DNA from: Escherichia coli
GTDB taxonomy: Bacteria > Pseudomonadota > Gammaproteobacteria > Enterobacterales > Enterobacteriaceae
Assembly (NCBI RefSeq): GCF_044324875.1
Contig: NZ_CP172185.1
DNA length: 64,000 nt
Strand: one strand, 5' to 3'
The notes under the pieces are model-generated. The model ran no database searches and was not told where the DNA came from. It saw only the letters and a list, made by a program, of their open reading frames with translations. The translations under genes were made by a program, and so were the position numbers. The stretch's first letter is position 1. The number at the start of each line of letters is the position of its first letter. Positions 1 through 14,561 of the stretch are shown here, one piece after another.

Positions 1-543
1 CAGTTGTTGCCAGTTCGCCATGTAATATTCGTTCATCGCTGTACGCCAGCGGAACACGTAGTGACTGACAAAGAAGTTGTTCAGCACACTGATCACCACC
101 GCGATCAGCGCAATCCCCAGAAAGACGCCCACTTCGCGGTAAAATTGTTCGATGGTGACTTTATGCGGCGAACTTAGCGCGGTTTGAATCAGATCATAGA
201 ACGGCGCATACCAGGCGTTGACGGCGACCCCGACTTCCACCAAAAACCAGGTGACGAAGATGATCAGTGCAGTACCGAGTATTGACCAGTATTGCCAACG
301 ATGCGGGCTGTAGATAAACCAGAACAATGCAAAAAGTCCTACACAAACAATGTAGTAAGCGTAAAAAATCAGAAAATCCAACGACCAGAAACGCGCGGCG
401 CTAATCGGGATTTGCCCGGAAGCTCCGGTGATACGCGCCACCCAGTCACCCCCACCTGCTTGCCAGAAGATAACGGCAATCAATGCCCAAACAAAGGCCG
501 AGAGAAAAAACGTTCCCGGCTTTGGGAAAAAAGACTTAAACAT
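1..543 (-). CDS. sbmA: Peptide antibiotic/microcin transporter SbmA, N-terminal part; gene runs past window start
   Basis: Hand translation of reverse strand from ATG (complement of 541-543) gives [41 protein letters not shown], recognised as SbmA N-terminus. Not in the ORF track because no stop lies inside the window. Confidence 0.75.
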   Translation of the reverse strand, partial: MFKSFFPKPGTFFLSAFVWALIAVIFWQAGGGDWVARITGASGQIPISAARFWSLDFLIFYAYYIVCVGLFALFWFIYSPHRWQYWSILGTALIIFVTWFLVEVGVAVNAWYAPFYDLIQTALSSPHKVTIEQFYREVGVFLGIALIAVVISVLNNFFVSHYVFRWRTAMNEYYMANWQQL

Positions 544-894
544 ATGCACTCCTGCTAACTTCTTATCGTTTTAACAACTGCTGTGTATTAACCGCATGAC
601 CGCTACAAAGAGTCAGCCAAATGAAACCGCCCATTGTGACCCATAGCAAGGCGCTTAGTTCGCCAGCCTGAGCATAAGAATTGTTTCGACGGATTTCGCA
701 AACCAAAGATTGTTTACATAAGCGGATTAACACGCGCAGGATCACAAATGCAGGCATTGGTGAGCAGGAAAAAGATCGTGTTTACGCGCCGTTACGTTTT
801 TAACACTATTATTGCACTAATTCGCCCTTTGCAATCCATCAATGAGTAGTATAAATACGCTCAGTTACCTTCATTCAATCTATGGACACCACCG

Positions 895-2052
895 TTGAAA
901 CGTAGTCTGCTTTTTTCTGCCGTGCTGTGTGCGGCGTCATTGACCTCCGTCCATGCGGCGCAGCCGATCACTGAACCGGAGTTTGCCTCTGATATTGTCG
1001 ATCGTTATGCCGATTATATTTTTTACGGCAGCGGTGCCACGGGGATGGCGCTGGTAGTTATCGACGGTAACCAGCGCGTCTTTCGTAGTTATGGCGAAAC
1101 GCGACCTGGTAATAACGTTCGCCCGCAGCTGGATTCGGTCATACGTATTGCTTCCCTCACCAAGTTAATGACCAGTGAGATGCTGGTGAAATTGCTCGAT
1201 CAGGGGACCGTGAAGTTAAACGATCCGCTAAGTAAATATGCTCCGCCAGGCGCACGCGTACCGACCTACAATGGGACGCCCATTACGCTAGTGAATCTGG
1301 CAACCCATACCAGCGCCCTGCCCCGTGAACAGCCCGGTGGCGCGGCACATCGTCCGGTATTTGTCTGGCCAACGCGCGAGCAACGCTGGAAATACCTTTC
1401 CACTGCCAAACTAAAAGCCGCGCCGGGCAGCCAGGCCGCGTACTCCAACCTTGCGTTCGACCTGCTGGCAGATGCACTGGCGAATGCGTCCGGCAAGCCT
1501 TATACCCAGTTGTTTGAAGAGCAGATTACCCGCCCATTGGGGATGAAAGACACCACCTACACCCCCTCGCCGGACCAGTGCCGCCGTTTAATGGTTGCTG
1601 AGCGTGGTGCCAGTCCGTGCAATAACACGCTGGCGGCAATTGGCAGCGGCGGAGTCTATTCCACGCCTGGCGATATGATGCGCTGGATGCAGCAGTATTT
1701 GTCATCTGATTTTTATCAGCGCAGTAACCAGGCAGATCGCATGCAGACGTTGATTTATCAGCGCGCGCAGTTTACGAAAGTGATTGGCATGGATGTCCCC
1801 GGCAAAGCGGACGCGCTTGGTTTAGGCTGGGTATATATGGCCCCGAAAGAGGGTCGTCCAGGGATTATTCAGAAGACAGGTGGTGGTGGCGGTTTCATTA
1901 CCTATATGGCGATGATCCCGCAGAAGAACATTGGCGCATTTGTGGTGGTCACTCGTTCGCCATTGACGCGCTTTAAAAATATGAGCGATGGCATCAATGA
2001 CCTGGTGACCGAACTGAGCGGGAATAAACCGTTGGTCATCCCCGCATCCTGA
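895..2052 (+). CDS. ampH: Penicillin-binding protein AmpH (class C beta-lactamase-like DD-peptidase)
   Basis: 385-aa ORF with N-terminal signal peptide, SxxK active-site motif (SLTK) and YSN motif; length matches AmpH. Confidence 0.9.
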   Translation: MKRSLLFSAVLCAASLTSVHAAQPITEPEFASDIVDRYADYIFYGSGATGMALVVIDGNQRVFRSYGETRPGNNVRPQLDSVIRIASLTKLMTSEMLVKLLDQGTVKLNDPLSKYAPPGARVPTYNGTPITLVNLATHTSALPREQPGGAAHRPVFVWPTREQRWKYLSTAKLKAAPGSQAAYSNLAFDLLADALANASGKPYTQLFEEQITRPLGMKDTTYTPSPDQCRRLMVAERGASPCNNTLAAIGSGGVYSTPGDMMRWMQQYLSSDFYQRSNQADRMQTLIYQRAQFTKVIGMDVPGKADALGLGWVYMAPKEGRPGIIQKTGGGGGFITYMAMIPQKNIGAFVVVTRSPLTRFKNMSDGINDLVTELSGNKPLVIPAS

Positions 2053-2735
<683 letters not shown>

Positions 2736-2749
2736 AACCTATTTCTTCA

Positions 2750-4137
<1,388 letters not shown>

Positions 4138-4148
4138 TGGATTTGCCC

Positions 4149-5054
4149 CTATATTTCCAGACACCTGTTATCACTTAACCCATTACTGGCTTGCTGCCGT
4201 AGATATTCCCGTGGCGAGCGATAACCCAGTGCACTATGCGGATGCCATTCGTTATAATGCTCGAACGCCTCTGCAAGGTTCTTTGCTGCCGTTAACCCGT
4301 CTGGTTTGGGCATGACACTGATGTAGTCACGCTTTATCGTTTTCACGAAGCTCTCTGCTATGCCGTTACTCTCCGGACTCCGCACCGCCGTGCTCTTCGG
4401 TTCAAGCCCCAACATCCGGGCAAACTGCCGTGTTTCATTAGCCCGGTAGCATGAACCATTATCCGTCAGCCACTCTACTGGAGACGCCGGAAGCTCGTTG
4501 CCGAAGCGGCGTTCCACCGCTCCCAGCATGACGTCCTGTACTGTTTCACTGTTGAAGCCGCCCGTAGTGACCGCCCAGTGCAGTGCCTCACGGTCACAGC
4601 AGTCCAGCGCGAACGTGACTCGCAGTTTTTCTCCGTTATCACAGCGGAACTCGAACCCGTCAGAGCACCATCGCTGATTACTTTCTTTCACAGCCACTCT
4701 GCCTGTATGTGCCCGTTTCGATGGCGGTACAGCAGGTTTTCGCTCAAGCAACAGCGCATTCTGGCGCATGATCCGGTAAACACGTTTGGCATTGATCGCA
4801 GGCATACCATCAAGTTCTGCCTGTCTGCGAAGCAGCGCCCATACCCGACGATAACCATACGTTGGCAGCTCTCCGATAACATGGTGTATACGGAGAAGCA
4901 CATCCGTATCATCAGTGTGACGACTGCGGCGGCCATCCATCCAGTCATCGGTTCGTCTGAGAATGACGTGCAACTGCGCACGCGACACCCGGAGACAACG
5001 GCTGACTAAGCTTACTCCCCATCCCCGGGCAATAAGGGCGCGTGCGCTATCCAC
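4149..5054 (-). CDS. insD: IS2 transposase OrfB (InsD), DDE integrase-like
   Basis: 301-aa ORF recognised as IS2 InsD; overlaps insC in the arrangement typical of IS3-family frameshift fusion. Confidence 0.9.
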
Positions 5055-5377
5055 TTTTTTGCCCGTCCATATTCAACGGCTTCTTTGAGGAGTTCATTTT
5101 CCATCGTTTTCTTGCCGAGCAGGCGCTGGAGTTCTTTAATCTGCTTCATGGCGGCAGCAAGTTCAGAGGCAGGAACAACCTGTTCTCCGGCGGCGACAGC
5201 AGTAAGACTTCCTTCCTGGTATTGCTTACGCCAGAGAAATAACTGGCTGGCTGCTACACCATGTTGCCGGGCAACGAGGGAGACCGTCATCCCCGGTTCA
5301 AAGCTCTGCTGAACAATTGCGATCTTTTCCTGTGTGGTACGCCGTCTGCGTTTCTCCGGCCCTAAGACATCAATCAT
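5012..5377 (-). CDS. insC: IS2 OrfA (InsC), HTH DNA-binding protein
   Basis: Frame beginning [40 protein letters not shown]…, 121 aa from the internal Met of ORF 5012..5422. Confidence 0.85.
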
Positions 5378-5468
5378 CTGTTCTCCAATGACTAGTCTAA
5401 AAACTAGTATTAAGACTATCACTTATTTAAGTGATACTGGTTGTCTGGAGATTCAGGGGGCCAGTCTA

Positions 5469-7004
5469 TTCAGTATCGAACTGATCAACGTTCACATCCA
5501 ATACACCACCGTTAGTTACGGTGATGGTATTGGCGTACAGGTTGTAATCAGCACCCCAACCTGTAGATTCGGTCAACGCAACAGTACTGTAGGAGTTAAT
5601 AGTCAGATGATCGGTATCAACGTAACCATCTTCACCAATGTTCAGCGAAGAACCGTTAGTTAAATCGATAGTATCTGAAGTTAATTTAGATTCCGAAACA
5701 TTAACCTGAGAAGCATTATTAACTGTCAAGGTATCAACGATGGAACGACCTGTAGTATCCCATTCAGAACCGTTGTTCAACGCTACGTTAAATACACCGC
5801 TCTGGAAGACCTTGTCATCAACAACACGTTTCCAGTCATTGTTTTCATATGTTGCATTAGGAGTAAGGCTGTTTGTAGCAACATCATACATTGCTGACGT
5901 TTCAGCAACGTTATAAATTGCCTGACCAACCCACTTGCTTCCGTTATCAAGAGTGAGGTTCAGTTCATCAACGTTGAGGCCATCATCAGTCCAACCACCG
6001 TTGGTATCTTTCAGCCCGTCACCGTTGGAATCATGACCATTCGGATCAAAATTACTATTCCAAGTGCTGTTAAATGCAACATCGCCCATCAGCGTTGAAT
6101 TGCTGAAGTATACGTTGTTCTTCATTGCATAGTCGGAACCTGAATCAGTGAAGGACATTGCAACATCTCCCGGACCGGTATAATCACTCGGTTCACTAGA
6201 GTTGCCAAAGTGTCCTGTTTTGACATAAGTATCGCTATCCAGAATAATGTCTGAACCAGAAGTCACTGTGGAATCTTTTACAGAGATATTGTTATCCCAA
6301 GTATGAGATTCGGTAGTATAAGTTTCGTTGTAAGTATTACCTTGAGATAATGCAATACCTGCAATGCGGGAGTTATTTGAAATATTGATGTTACTTTCTA
6401 CATCAAGATTAACAGCAACACCTTCACTGGTATCAAATGTCTCATTTGTGTGTTTGGTTACATCACCATCTTTATAAGAATCAGTGAAGTAAAACGCTTC
6501 ATAATCATCATCAATGGTAGTGTTAGCAATGTTAAGAGTGAAAACATCACCATCACGCCAGTTTGTGTCAACAACAGCATCAGTGTAAAAATCATATCCA
6601 ACCAGAAGATCACTATCTGCATCCAAACGATCATAATAACCGCCTGGCTTCAAAGAAGTAATCGAACCGTGAATCACTGAATTACTGATATCAAGCTGAT
6701 TAGCAGTACTGTCTGCATAATCATGGTTCAAATAATAGGTTGAGATCGTGCCGTTAACGGTATCGCCGTTAAAGGACTGATCGAAATCACCATTGGTGTT
6801 GTTGTAATAGACAAAACCACTATAGTTTACATAGTTGCCATCTACAGTGCCTGCCTTATCCATATGATCCCAATCAAGTGCAGTAACGGGATTGTCGTAA
6901 TAAGTCCAGGTGTCATAAGTAGTTGCATTAGCCTGAGAGGTGATAGCCAGAGTGCAAGCCAATGCTAATTGTGATACTACAAGTTTCTTTTTCCAGGAGT
7001 GCAT
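5469..7004 (-). pseudogene. yaiT: Autotransporter YaiT, N-terminal (signal peptide + passenger) fragment; stop lies inside the IS2 terminus
   Basis: ORF 5466..7004 starts MHSWKKKLVVSQLALACTLAITSQANA (signal peptide); Asn/Thr/Asp-rich passenger; terminates at a stop contributed by the IS2 end. Confidence 0.8.
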
Positions 7005-7529
7005 TTGTCATCCCTCCTCAGGGACGTAATAAGTTGATCCATCAATTATCAATGCATAGAAAACATCTTATGTTTCGCGTTGACGATTATGCGGCGTTAT
7101 AGAGGAATGGTTCAATTATTCTTTCCCCGAAGTCCGGTTACGGACATATATAAAGCACGGAGGAACACACAAAGAAAAAATTGATAAAGGCTTGATGTTT
7201 CAACAAGTTAACAGGAGTTCCATTTTTAAAGCATATGCATTTAAAATATCAAACACACAAACCAGACAAATAATCTATCAATAACCAATGAACTTTAAAT
7301 CATTCTGTTTTTGATAACGCAATCAAATCCGTAAAAACAATAATCCAGGGATATAAATAAAAATTAAAAATATTTTCAGTGAATATGAAATTATTGCTGT
7401 TTCTATTACAAAGATGTCATGGACTCTCTTTCATTCTCTTCTTGTCAACATCGCGACAACTTTCGTAAAACATCCCCACCCTGCTTCAGGTATACTATGC
7501 CCCTCGATTCCACAAACATCAGGCAGACC

Positions 7530-8504
7530 ATGACAGACTTAATCCAACGCCCTCGTCGCCTGCGCAAATCTCCTGCGCTGCGCGCTATGTTTGAAGAGAC
7601 AACACTTAGCCTTAACGACCTGGTGTTGCCGATCTTTGTTGAAGAAGAAATTGACGACTACAAAGCCGTTGAAGCCATGCCAGGCGTGATGCGCATTCCT
7701 GAGAAACATCTGGCACGCGAAATTGAACGCATCGCCAACGCCGGTATTCGTTCCGTGATGACTTTCGGCATCTCTCACCATACCGATGAAACCGGCAGCG
7801 ATGCCTGGCGGGAAGATGGACTGGTGGCGCGGATGTCGCGCATCTGCAAGCAGACCGTGCCTGAAATGATCGTGATGTCAGACACCTGCTTTTGTGAATA
7901 CACTTCTCACGGTCACTGCGGTGTGCTGTGCGAGCATGGCGTCGACAACGACGCGACTCTGGAAAATTTAGGCAAGCAAGCCGTGGTTGCAGCTGCTGCA
8001 GGTGCGGACTTCATCGCCCCTTCCGCCGCGATGGATGGTCAGGTACAGGCGATTCGCCAGGCGCTGGACGCTGCGGGCTTTAAAGATACGGCGATTATGT
8101 CGTATTCGACCAAGTTTGCCTCTTCCTTTTATGGCCCGTTCCGCGAAGCGGCAGGAAGCGCATTAAAAGGCGACCGCAAAAGCTATCAGATGAACCCAAT
8201 GAACCGTCGTGAGGCGATTCGTGAATCATTGCTGGATGAAGCCCAGGGCGCAGACTGCCTGATGGTGAAACCAGCTGGAGCGTACCTCGACATCGTGCGT
8301 GAGCTGCGTGGACGTACTGAATTGCCGATTGGCGCGTATCAGGTGAGCGGTGAGTATGCGATGATTAAGTTCGCCGCGCTGGCGGGTGCTATAGATGAAG
8401 AGAAAGTCGTGCTCGAAAGCTTAGGTTCGATTAAGCGTGCGGGGGCGGATCTGATTTTCAGCTACTTTGCGCTGGATTTGGCTGAGAAGAAGATTCTGCG
8501 TTAA
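7530..8504 (+). CDS. hemB: Porphobilinogen synthase (delta-aminolevulinate dehydratase)
   Basis: Frame from [18 protein letters not shown]… (324 aa) recognised as HemB; ORF track extends further upstream to 7419. Confidence 0.92.
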   Translation: MTDLIQRPRRLRKSPALRAMFEETTLSLNDLVLPIFVEEEIDDYKAVEAMPGVMRIPEKHLAREIERIANAGIRSVMTFGISHHTDETGSDAWREDGLVARMSRICKQTVPEMIVMSDTCFCEYTSHGHCGVLCEHGVDNDATLENLGKQAVVAAAAGADFIAPSAAMDGQVQAIRQALDAAGFKDTAIMSYSTKFASSFYGPFREAAGSALKGDRKSYQMNPMNRREAIRESLLDEAQGADCLMVKPAGAYLDIVRELRGRTELPIGAYQVSGEYAMIKFAALAGAIDEEKVVLESLGSIKRAGADLIFSYFALDLAEKKILR

Positions 8505-8543
8505 TGATCATTATGCCGGGTTATCCAACCCGGCATTTCCCCC

Positions 8544-9395
8544 TTACCCCGCCCGATAAAACGGTTTATCCCCAAGGATTGTCGCCCGATGCATTATCCG
8601 CCGCTGTGGCAGGTAATCCGCATTGGCATAGTGCTGAGTCACGCGGTTATCCCAAATCGCAATATCATTTGGTTGCCAGCGCCAGCGCACCTGAAACTCC
8701 GGTTTGGTGATATGGGCAAACAAAAAACTTAACAAGGCTTCGCTCTCTTTCTCGCTGACATCAACAATTCGCGTAGTAAAGCCTTCATTCACAAACAGCG
8801 CCTGTTTACCGCTCACCGGATGCGTTCGCACCACCGGATGTAGTAACGGCGGATTTTTCGCGACCGCCTCGCGCCAGCGTTGATGCTCCTCCTCCGTTTT
8901 GCGGTATTTGTATTCTGGGAACGATTTACGGAAATCATGCTCCGCACGCAGCCCGCTCAACAGCTGGCGGAAGGGAACAGAGAGTGCCTCATACGCCGCA
9001 ATACCGCTGGTCCATAGCGTATCGCCGCCAGTCGAGGGTAACTCTTTCGCCGCCAGAATCGCCCCAGCAGGAGGCGTTTCAATAAATGTCACATCGGTAT
9101 GCCAGTTGTCGTTATCTGGCGGATTATCGTTATGAGTATCCAGTACGATAATCTCGTCAACCCCTTCGGCATGAGGGTAAACAGGATGAATATGCAGCTC
9201 GCCAAAACGCTGGGCCAGCGCGCGTTGCTGCTGCGGCGTAATGGCCTGTTCACGCAGAAACACCACCTGATGACGCAGTACCGCATGGTAAAGCTGTTCA
9301 AACTGGTTATCACTTAACGGGCGCGTCAGGTCGGCACCCGTAATTTGTGCGCCAATATACGGCCCCAGCGGGGTAATGCTCAGACGTTCACTCAT
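8544..9395 (-). CDS. tauD: Taurine dioxygenase (2-oxoglutarate/Fe(II)-dependent)
   Basis: 283-aa ORF, last gene of a four-gene block with 4-bp start/stop overlaps; recognised as TauD. Confidence 0.92.
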   Translation of the reverse strand: MSERLSITPLGPYIGAQITGADLTRPLSDNQFEQLYHAVLRHQVVFLREQAITPQQQRALAQRFGELHIHPVYPHAEGVDEIIVLDTHNDNPPDNDNWHTDVTFIETPPAGAILAAKELPSTGGDTLWTSGIAAYEALSVPFRQLLSGLRAEHDFRKSFPEYKYRKTEEEHQRWREAVAKNPPLLHPVVRTHPVSGKQALFVNEGFTTRIVDVSEKESEALLSFLFAHITKPEFQVRWRWQPNDIAIWDNRVTQHYANADYLPQRRIMHRATILGDKPFYRAG

Positions 9396-10219
9396 TGTAC
9401 TTCTCCATGCCAGGGCGTGAGGCGGCGCTGTAACGCGCGCAGACCCAGTTCTAAAAGAAAGGCGATAATCGCAATCACCGCGATCCCCGCCAGCACCACG
9501 TCAGTCGCGAGAAATTCACCCGCTGACTGGACCATAAAACCCAAACCGCGCGTCGCGGCAATCAGCTCCGCCGCCACCAGGGTAGACCAGCCCACACCCA
9601 GACCAATGCGTAATCCGGTGAGAATTTCCGGCAGCGCACCGGGCAAAATAACAAACCACAGCACCTGCGCACGGCTGGCACCCAGCGACTGGGCGGCACG
9701 AATGCGAACCTGCTGCGCGCTTTTCACCCCCGCCAGCGCCGACATCGCCACAGGTGCAAAAATCGCTAAATAGATCAGTAAGATCTTCGAGGTTTCACCA
9801 ATACCAAACCAGATCACCATCAGCGGCAAATACGCCAGCGGCGGCACCGGGCGATACAATTCAATTATCGGATCCAGAATGCCGCGCACCGTCGGGCTTA
9901 GCCCCATGGCGATCCCAACCGGAATGCCGATCAACACCGCCGCAAGTAGCGCCAGCACAATGCGCGTCAGGCTGGCTGCCAGATGCTGCCACAGGGTGGC
10001 GTCCATAAATCCCTGCGGCCCGGCAATGGTGAGCAGTTTTGCCAGTACCTGTTGCGGTGGCGGCAAAAACAGCGGGCTAATCAGGTGCAGCGCCGCGACT
10101 GCCCACCATACAGTGAGCAAAACCGCTAACGTGCCAATGCTTAAGGTCACCTGACGCGAGAGCGGCCAGCGCCATTTCAGCCGATGCGAATGCAGTTTTT
10201 CATTAATGAGCACACTCAT
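9392..10219 (-). CDS. tauC: Taurine ABC transporter permease
   Basis: 275-aa polytopic membrane protein; overlaps tauB stop and tauD start. Confidence 0.9.
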   Translation of the reverse strand: MSVLINEKLHSHRLKWRWPLSRQVTLSIGTLAVLLTVWWAVAALHLISPLFLPPPQQVLAKLLTIAGPQGFMDATLWQHLAASLTRIVLALLAAVLIGIPVGIAMGLSPTVRGILDPIIELYRPVPPLAYLPLMVIWFGIGETSKILLIYLAIFAPVAMSALAGVKSAQQVRIRAAQSLGASRAQVLWFVILPGALPEILTGLRIGLGVGWSTLVAAELIAATRGLGFMVQSAGEFLATDVVLAGIAVIAIIAFLLELGLRALQRRLTPWHGEVQ

Positions 10220-10983
10220 GAGAACGCCTCCCGTTGCTCAAATACGCGGCTTAAAACATATTCGCGCATGGCGATGAATTGTGGATCGGACTTGATGCTG
10301 CGGCTCGACTCTCCCGCAACAAAGCGGCGAGCAAAGTTGAGCGGCAGCCGCTCCAGCACGCGGCCAGGGCCGGGTGAAAGCAGAACCAGTTCAGTCGCCA
10401 TAAACACCGCTTCTTCTATATCGTGGGTAATCAACAGCACCTGCTTTCCCGTCTCCTGCCAGAGTTTCAGCAGCAGGGTTTGCATCTGGTCGCGGGTGAA
10501 GGCGTCCAGCGCACCAAACGGTTCATCGAGTAATAACAGCTGGGGATTTGCCGCCAGCGCGCGGGCAATCCCCACCCGCTGACGTTGACCGCCGGAAAGC
10601 TGCCAGATGTAGCGTTTTTCTGCGCCTTCCAGCCCCACTTTTTTCAGCATCTGGTGCGCGATTTCCAGTCGCTGCATTTTCTCAACACCTGCCAGTTGCA
10701 GGCCGAACACCACGTTGTCCCGTACATTGCGCCACGGTAGCAGCCCTTCATTCTGAAAAACTACGCCCCGCTCTGCTCCCGGCCCCTCAATGCACTTACC
10801 CGCCAGTTGAATGCTGCCATGCTGATAAGGCACAAAACCGGCAATCAAATTCAGCAAGGTGGTTTTGCCACAGCCAGACGGCCCCAGAACCACCAGAAGC
10901 TCGCCGCTTTCCAGCGTCAGGTTGATATCTTCCAACGCCGGTTTGCCGCCATAATCGGCGTAAAGATGAGAGATTTGCAGCAT
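10216..10983 (-). CDS. tauB: Taurine ABC transporter ATP-binding protein
   Basis: Walker [13 protein letters not shown] signature LSGGQRQR, Walker B LLLLDEP; 255 aa. Confidence 0.93.
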   Translation of the reverse strand: MLQISHLYADYGGKPALEDINLTLESGELLVVLGPSGCGKTTLLNLIAGFVPYQHGSIQLAGKCIEGPGAERGVVFQNEGLLPWRNVRDNVVFGLQLAGVEKMQRLEIAHQMLKKVGLEGAEKRYIWQLSGGQRQRVGIARALAANPQLLLLDEPFGALDAFTRDQMQTLLLKLWQETGKQVLLITHDIEEAVFMATELVLLSPGPGRVLERLPLNFARRFVAGESSRSIKSDPQFIAMREYVLSRVFEQREAFS

Positions 10984-10995
10984 CTGCGCCTCCTT

Positions 10996-11958
10996 TTATT
11001 GCACGAAGCGCGAGGTCACGTACTGGCTGTAATCGTTCGCTACAGCCGGGACTTTGCCCTGCTCTTTCAAAAACTGCGCGGTGTCGATGATCGCTTTGTT
11101 CACCGATCCGGTCAGTTCTGCCGTTTGCTGCTGCGGTGTCAGATAGGTATTCCCCTTCACCAGCCCCGGAACGTCACCTTCAGGTACGCCGCTTAAACGC
11201 GCCAGCTTGCTGATGTTTTCCGGCTGTTTCAGCCACGCGTCTGGGTTAGCAATGTACGGTTGCTGAGCATCGATGGCGCTTTTAGCGAACGCTTTCACGA
11301 CCTCAGGATGTTTCTCGGCAAAATCTTTGCGCACCACCCAGACGTCCAGCGTTGGCGCGCCCCACTGCCCGACCTGTTCAGAATCGGTCAACACCTTGCC
11401 GTCTTTTTCCAGGGCGTTAACCGCCGGTGCCCAGACATAAGCACCATCAATGTCTCCCCGTTGCCATGCGGCGATAATCGCGGGTGGCTGCAGGTTCACT
11501 ATCTCCACTTGTCCGGGTTTTATACCCCAGTGTTTCAGCGCCGCCAGCAGGCTGTAGTGGGTGGTGGAGATAAACGGTACGGCGATGCGTTTGCCAATGA
11601 GATCTTCCGGTTTGCTGATAGTTTTCTTTACCACCAGCGCTTCGGAGTTACCCAGTTTTGACGCCAGTAAGAAGACTTCAATCGGCACCTGTTGGCTGGC
11701 TGCCACCGCTAATGGGCTGGAACCGAGGTTACCGATTTGGACATCGCCTGAAGCCAGCGCCCGCACGATGCTGGCTCCGCTGTCAAACTTGCGCCAGTCC
11801 ACCGTCGCCCCGCTCTCTTTAGCAAAGGTGTTATCAGCCTGAGCCACTTTCGCCGGTTCAGCGGAGGTTTGATAGGCCACGGTGACGTTCACCGCCTGTG
11901 CCTGAAAAGCGATGAATGCCAGTGCGGCAAGAAGTGTGTTACGCGATGAAATTGCCAT
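10996..11958 (-). CDS. tauA: Taurine ABC transporter periplasmic binding protein
   Basis: Start placed at MAISSRNTLLAALAFIAFQAQA (signal peptide), 320 aa; ORF track extends 19 codons further upstream. Confidence 0.88.
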   Translation of the reverse strand: MAISSRNTLLAALAFIAFQAQAVNVTVAYQTSAEPAKVAQADNTFAKESGATVDWRKFDSGASIVRALASGDVQIGNLGSSPLAVAASQQVPIEVFLLASKLGNSEALVVKKTISKPEDLIGKRIAVPFISTTHYSLLAALKHWGIKPGQVEIVNLQPPAIIAAWQRGDIDGAYVWAPAVNALEKDGKVLTDSEQVGQWGAPTLDVWVVRKDFAEKHPEVVKAFAKSAIDAQQPYIANPDAWLKQPENISKLARLSGVPEGDVPGLVKGNTYLTPQQQTAELTGSVNKAIIDTAQFLKEQGKVPAVANDYSQYVTSRFVQ

Positions 11959-12015
11959 GATTGTCTGCTCCCCTGTCTTGTTATAGGAGCAGTATTCAAG
12001 AATAAAAACATTCAT

Positions 12016-12566
12016 TAAAAGAATTAGTCGTTATCGCACAGATGATTTTATTCTTAGCAAAAAAGCGGCAAAGGAAAGATTAAATATGCAATTACACCCA
12101 CGCTGACAATTCAGTAAGTTACTGCACTTCATTTTTATTAATGCATAAACAAGCAGAACATAATGTCTTTTATTTTATTAACAGCAATATATATAATGAA
12201 ATCATTATATTCACATTGCATATATAACTGTATCATTCTCAATCAACCACATAATACATTCACATAATGTATATAATCCATATTTGTGCCTAGAACATAT
12301 TTTTAATATGTAATTAATTGACAAACTAAATCACATCTAAATACAATATATAAAACAAAATAACTATACAAACCAAACACACAAACACTTAACATATGAA
12401 TTACATAAAAGATTACGCAGTCGTATCCCCGTACCTGAAAGCCCCTTATTTTTCAGCTATCAGTAATTTTTAACACTTAAAAATTAGCATCTGTCTGTGC
12501 CAGAGATTACGTCTCTGCGAGCGTCGTTGTGCTTGTAGTATAATAAATAAAATGGAGTGTCATTAA
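12016..12566. promoter_or_regulatory. AT-rich ~550-bp divergent intergenic region between tauA and yaiS (promoter region; candidate nucleoid-protein binding)
   Basis: No ORF of 60 aa or more on either strand; long A/T tracts and A/C-rich runs (acaaaccaaacacacaaacac); lies upstream of both divergent gene blocks. Confidence 0.5.
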
Positions 12567-13238
12567 GTGGATAAGGTTTTAGATTCAGCCATCCTTTCTT
12601 CGGCAAATAAAAGAAAGGGTATCCTTGCTATTGGCGCACATCCTGACGATATAGAATTGGGCTGTGGCGCGTCGCTTGCTCGTCTTGCGCAAAAAGGAAT
12701 TTATATCGCAGCCGTGGTGATGACTACCGGCAACTCTGGCACAGATGGAATAATCGATCGCCATGAAGAATCGCGCAACGCCCTAAAGATATTAGGGTGC
12801 CACCAAACTATTCATCTTAATTTTGCTGACACCCGCGCGCATTTACAGCTCAATGATATGATTTCCGCCCTGGAAGATATCATTAAAAATCAAATTCCTT
12901 CTGATGTTGAAATCATGCGGGTATATACCATGCATGATGCCGACCGCCATCAGGATCATCTCGCTGTTTATCAAGCTTCAATGATTGCCTGCCGCACTAT
13001 TCCACAAATTCTCGGCTACGAAACCCCGAGTACCTGGCTTTCATTTATGCCTCAGGTTTTTGAATCCGTTAAAGAAGAATATTTCACAGTCAAACTTGCT
13101 GCATTAAAAAAACATAAAAGCCAGGAACGACGCGATTATATGCGTCATGATCGCCTGCGTGCAGTTGCACAATTTCGCGGGCAACAGGTCAATAGCGGTC
13201 TGGGTGAAGGCTTTGTAATTCATAAAATGATTCTTTGA
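12567..13238 (+). CDS. yaiS: LmbE/PIG-L family deacetylase
   Basis: GTG start preceded by GGAG; signature AHPDDIE near N-terminus; 223 aa as drawn, exact start uncertain. Confidence 0.7.
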   Translation: MDKVLDSAILSSANKRKGILAIGAHPDDIELGCGASLARLAQKGIYIAAVVMTTGNSGTDGIIDRHEESRNALKILGCHQTIHLNFADTRAHLQLNDMISALEDIIKNQIPSDVEIMRVYTMHDADRHQDHLAVYQASMIACRTIPQILGYETPSTWLSFMPQVFESVKEEYFTVKLAALKKHKSQERRDYMRHDRLRAVAQFRGQQVNSGLGEGFVIHKMIL

Positions 13239-13247
13239 GCAAATTGC

Positions 13248-14444
13248 ATGAAAACCTGGATATTTATATGTATGGCCGTAGCAATATTGCTATGGTTCCT
13301 GAGTACGTTAAGGCGTAAGCCCAGCCAAAAAAAAGGTTGTATTGACGCCATTATACCTGCGTATAACGAAGGCCCGTGTCTGGCACAGTCACTGGATAAT
13401 CTACTGCGTAACCCTTATTTTTGCCGGGTAATTTGCGTTAACGACGGCTCCACGGACAATACCGAAGCGGTCATGGCGGAAGTCAAACGCAAATGGGGCG
13501 ACCGCTTTATTGCCGTCACGCAAAAAAATACCGGTAAAGGTGGTGCGCTGATGAATGGCCTCAATTACGCCACCTGCGACCAGGTTTTTTTAAGTGATGC
13601 CGACACCTATGTTCCGCCCGATCAAGACGGAATGGGCTATATGCTGGCAGAAATAGAGCGCGGTGCTGATGCCGTAGGCGGCATTCCCTCTACTGCGTTG
13701 AAAGGCGCGGGTCTGTTACCGCACATCCGCGCGACCGTAAAGTTGCCGATGATTGTTATGAAGCGCACGCTACAGCAGCTCCTGGGCGGCGCACCGTTTA
13801 TTATCAGCGGTGCCTGCGGGATGTTCCGTACTGATGTATTGCGTAAGTTCGGTTTCTCCGATCGTACTAAAGTCGAAGACCTTGATCTCACCTGGACATT
13901 GGTGGCAAACGGCTATCGTATTCGGCAGGCGAATCGCTGCATCGTATACCCACAGGAATGCAACAGCCCGCGTGAGGAGTGGCGTCGCTGGCGGCGTTGG
14001 ATTGTGGGCTACGCGGTCTGTATGCGCCTGCATAAAAGGCTTTTATTTAGCCGCTTCGGTATCTTCAGTATATTTCCTATGCTGTTGGTTGTGCTTTATG
14101 GCGTTGGGATTTATCTCACTACCTGGTTTAATGAATTCATTACCACCGGGCCGCATGGTGTGGTGTTGGCAATGTTTCCGCTTATCTGGGTCGGCGTAGT
14201 TTGTGTTATTGGTGCTTTTAGCGCCTGGTTTCATCGTTGCTGGTTGTTGGTGCCTTTAGCACCGCTTTCCGTTGTGTATGTATTATTAGCTTACGCCATC
14301 TGGATTATTTATGGACTTATTGCCTTTTTTACTGGACGCGAACCTCAGCGCGACAAACCCACCCGCTATTCCGCACTGGTGGAAGCGTCAACCGCTTATT
14401 CCCAACCTTCTGTCACAGGAACTGAAAAACTTTCTGAAGCTTAA
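13248..14444 (+). CDS. yaiP: Membrane-embedded family-2 glycosyltransferase (synthase-like)
   Basis: 398 aa; N-terminal TM, GT2 core with DAD motif (FLSDADTYV) and RRW-containing segment (EEWRRWRRW), then several C-terminal TM helices. Confidence 0.8.
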   Translation: MKTWIFICMAVAILLWFLSTLRRKPSQKKGCIDAIIPAYNEGPCLAQSLDNLLRNPYFCRVICVNDGSTDNTEAVMAEVKRKWGDRFIAVTQKNTGKGGALMNGLNYATCDQVFLSDADTYVPPDQDGMGYMLAEIERGADAVGGIPSTALKGAGLLPHIRATVKLPMIVMKRTLQQLLGGAPFIISGACGMFRTDVLRKFGFSDRTKVEDLDLTWTLVANGYRIRQANRCIVYPQECNSPREEWRRWRRWIVGYAVCMRLHKRLLFSRFGIFSIFPMLLVVLYGVGIYLTTWFNEFITTGPHGVVLAMFPLIWVGVVCVIGAFSAWFHRCWLLVPLAPLSVVYVLLAYAIWIIYGLIAFFTGREPQRDKPTRYSALVEASTAYSQPSVTGTEKLSEA

Positions 14445-14561
14445 TGTTAAAGAGAAAATATTCAGATTGCAGACCAGGTAATTATTGATGAAACTGCAGG
14501 TGAAGTTGTTATCGGAGCGAATACCCGTATTTGTCACGGTGCCGTTATTCAGGGTCCGGTA

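Larger units (their letters stand above)
4138..5468 (-). mobile_element. Insertion sequence IS2 (1331 bp) with 5-bp target site duplication TTCAG
   Basis: Termini TGGATTTGCCCCTATATTTCCAGACA (4138 onward) and …GGGGGCCAGTCTA (ending 5468) are imperfect inverted repeats; length 1331 bp; direct repeat TTCAG at 4133-4137 and 5469-5473; encodes InsC/InsD-like proteins. Confidence 0.9.

Noticed and set aside
292-558. 88-aa plus-strand ORF at the left edge
   Set aside because: Lies entirely within and antisense to the recognised sbmA coding region.
7005-7529. AT-rich ~520-bp region between yaiT and hemB, considered as a possible small RNA or remnant mobile element
   Set aside because: No terminal inverted repeats, no ORF, no obvious stable hairpin-plus-U-tract; most simply the divergent promoter region of hemB and yaiT.
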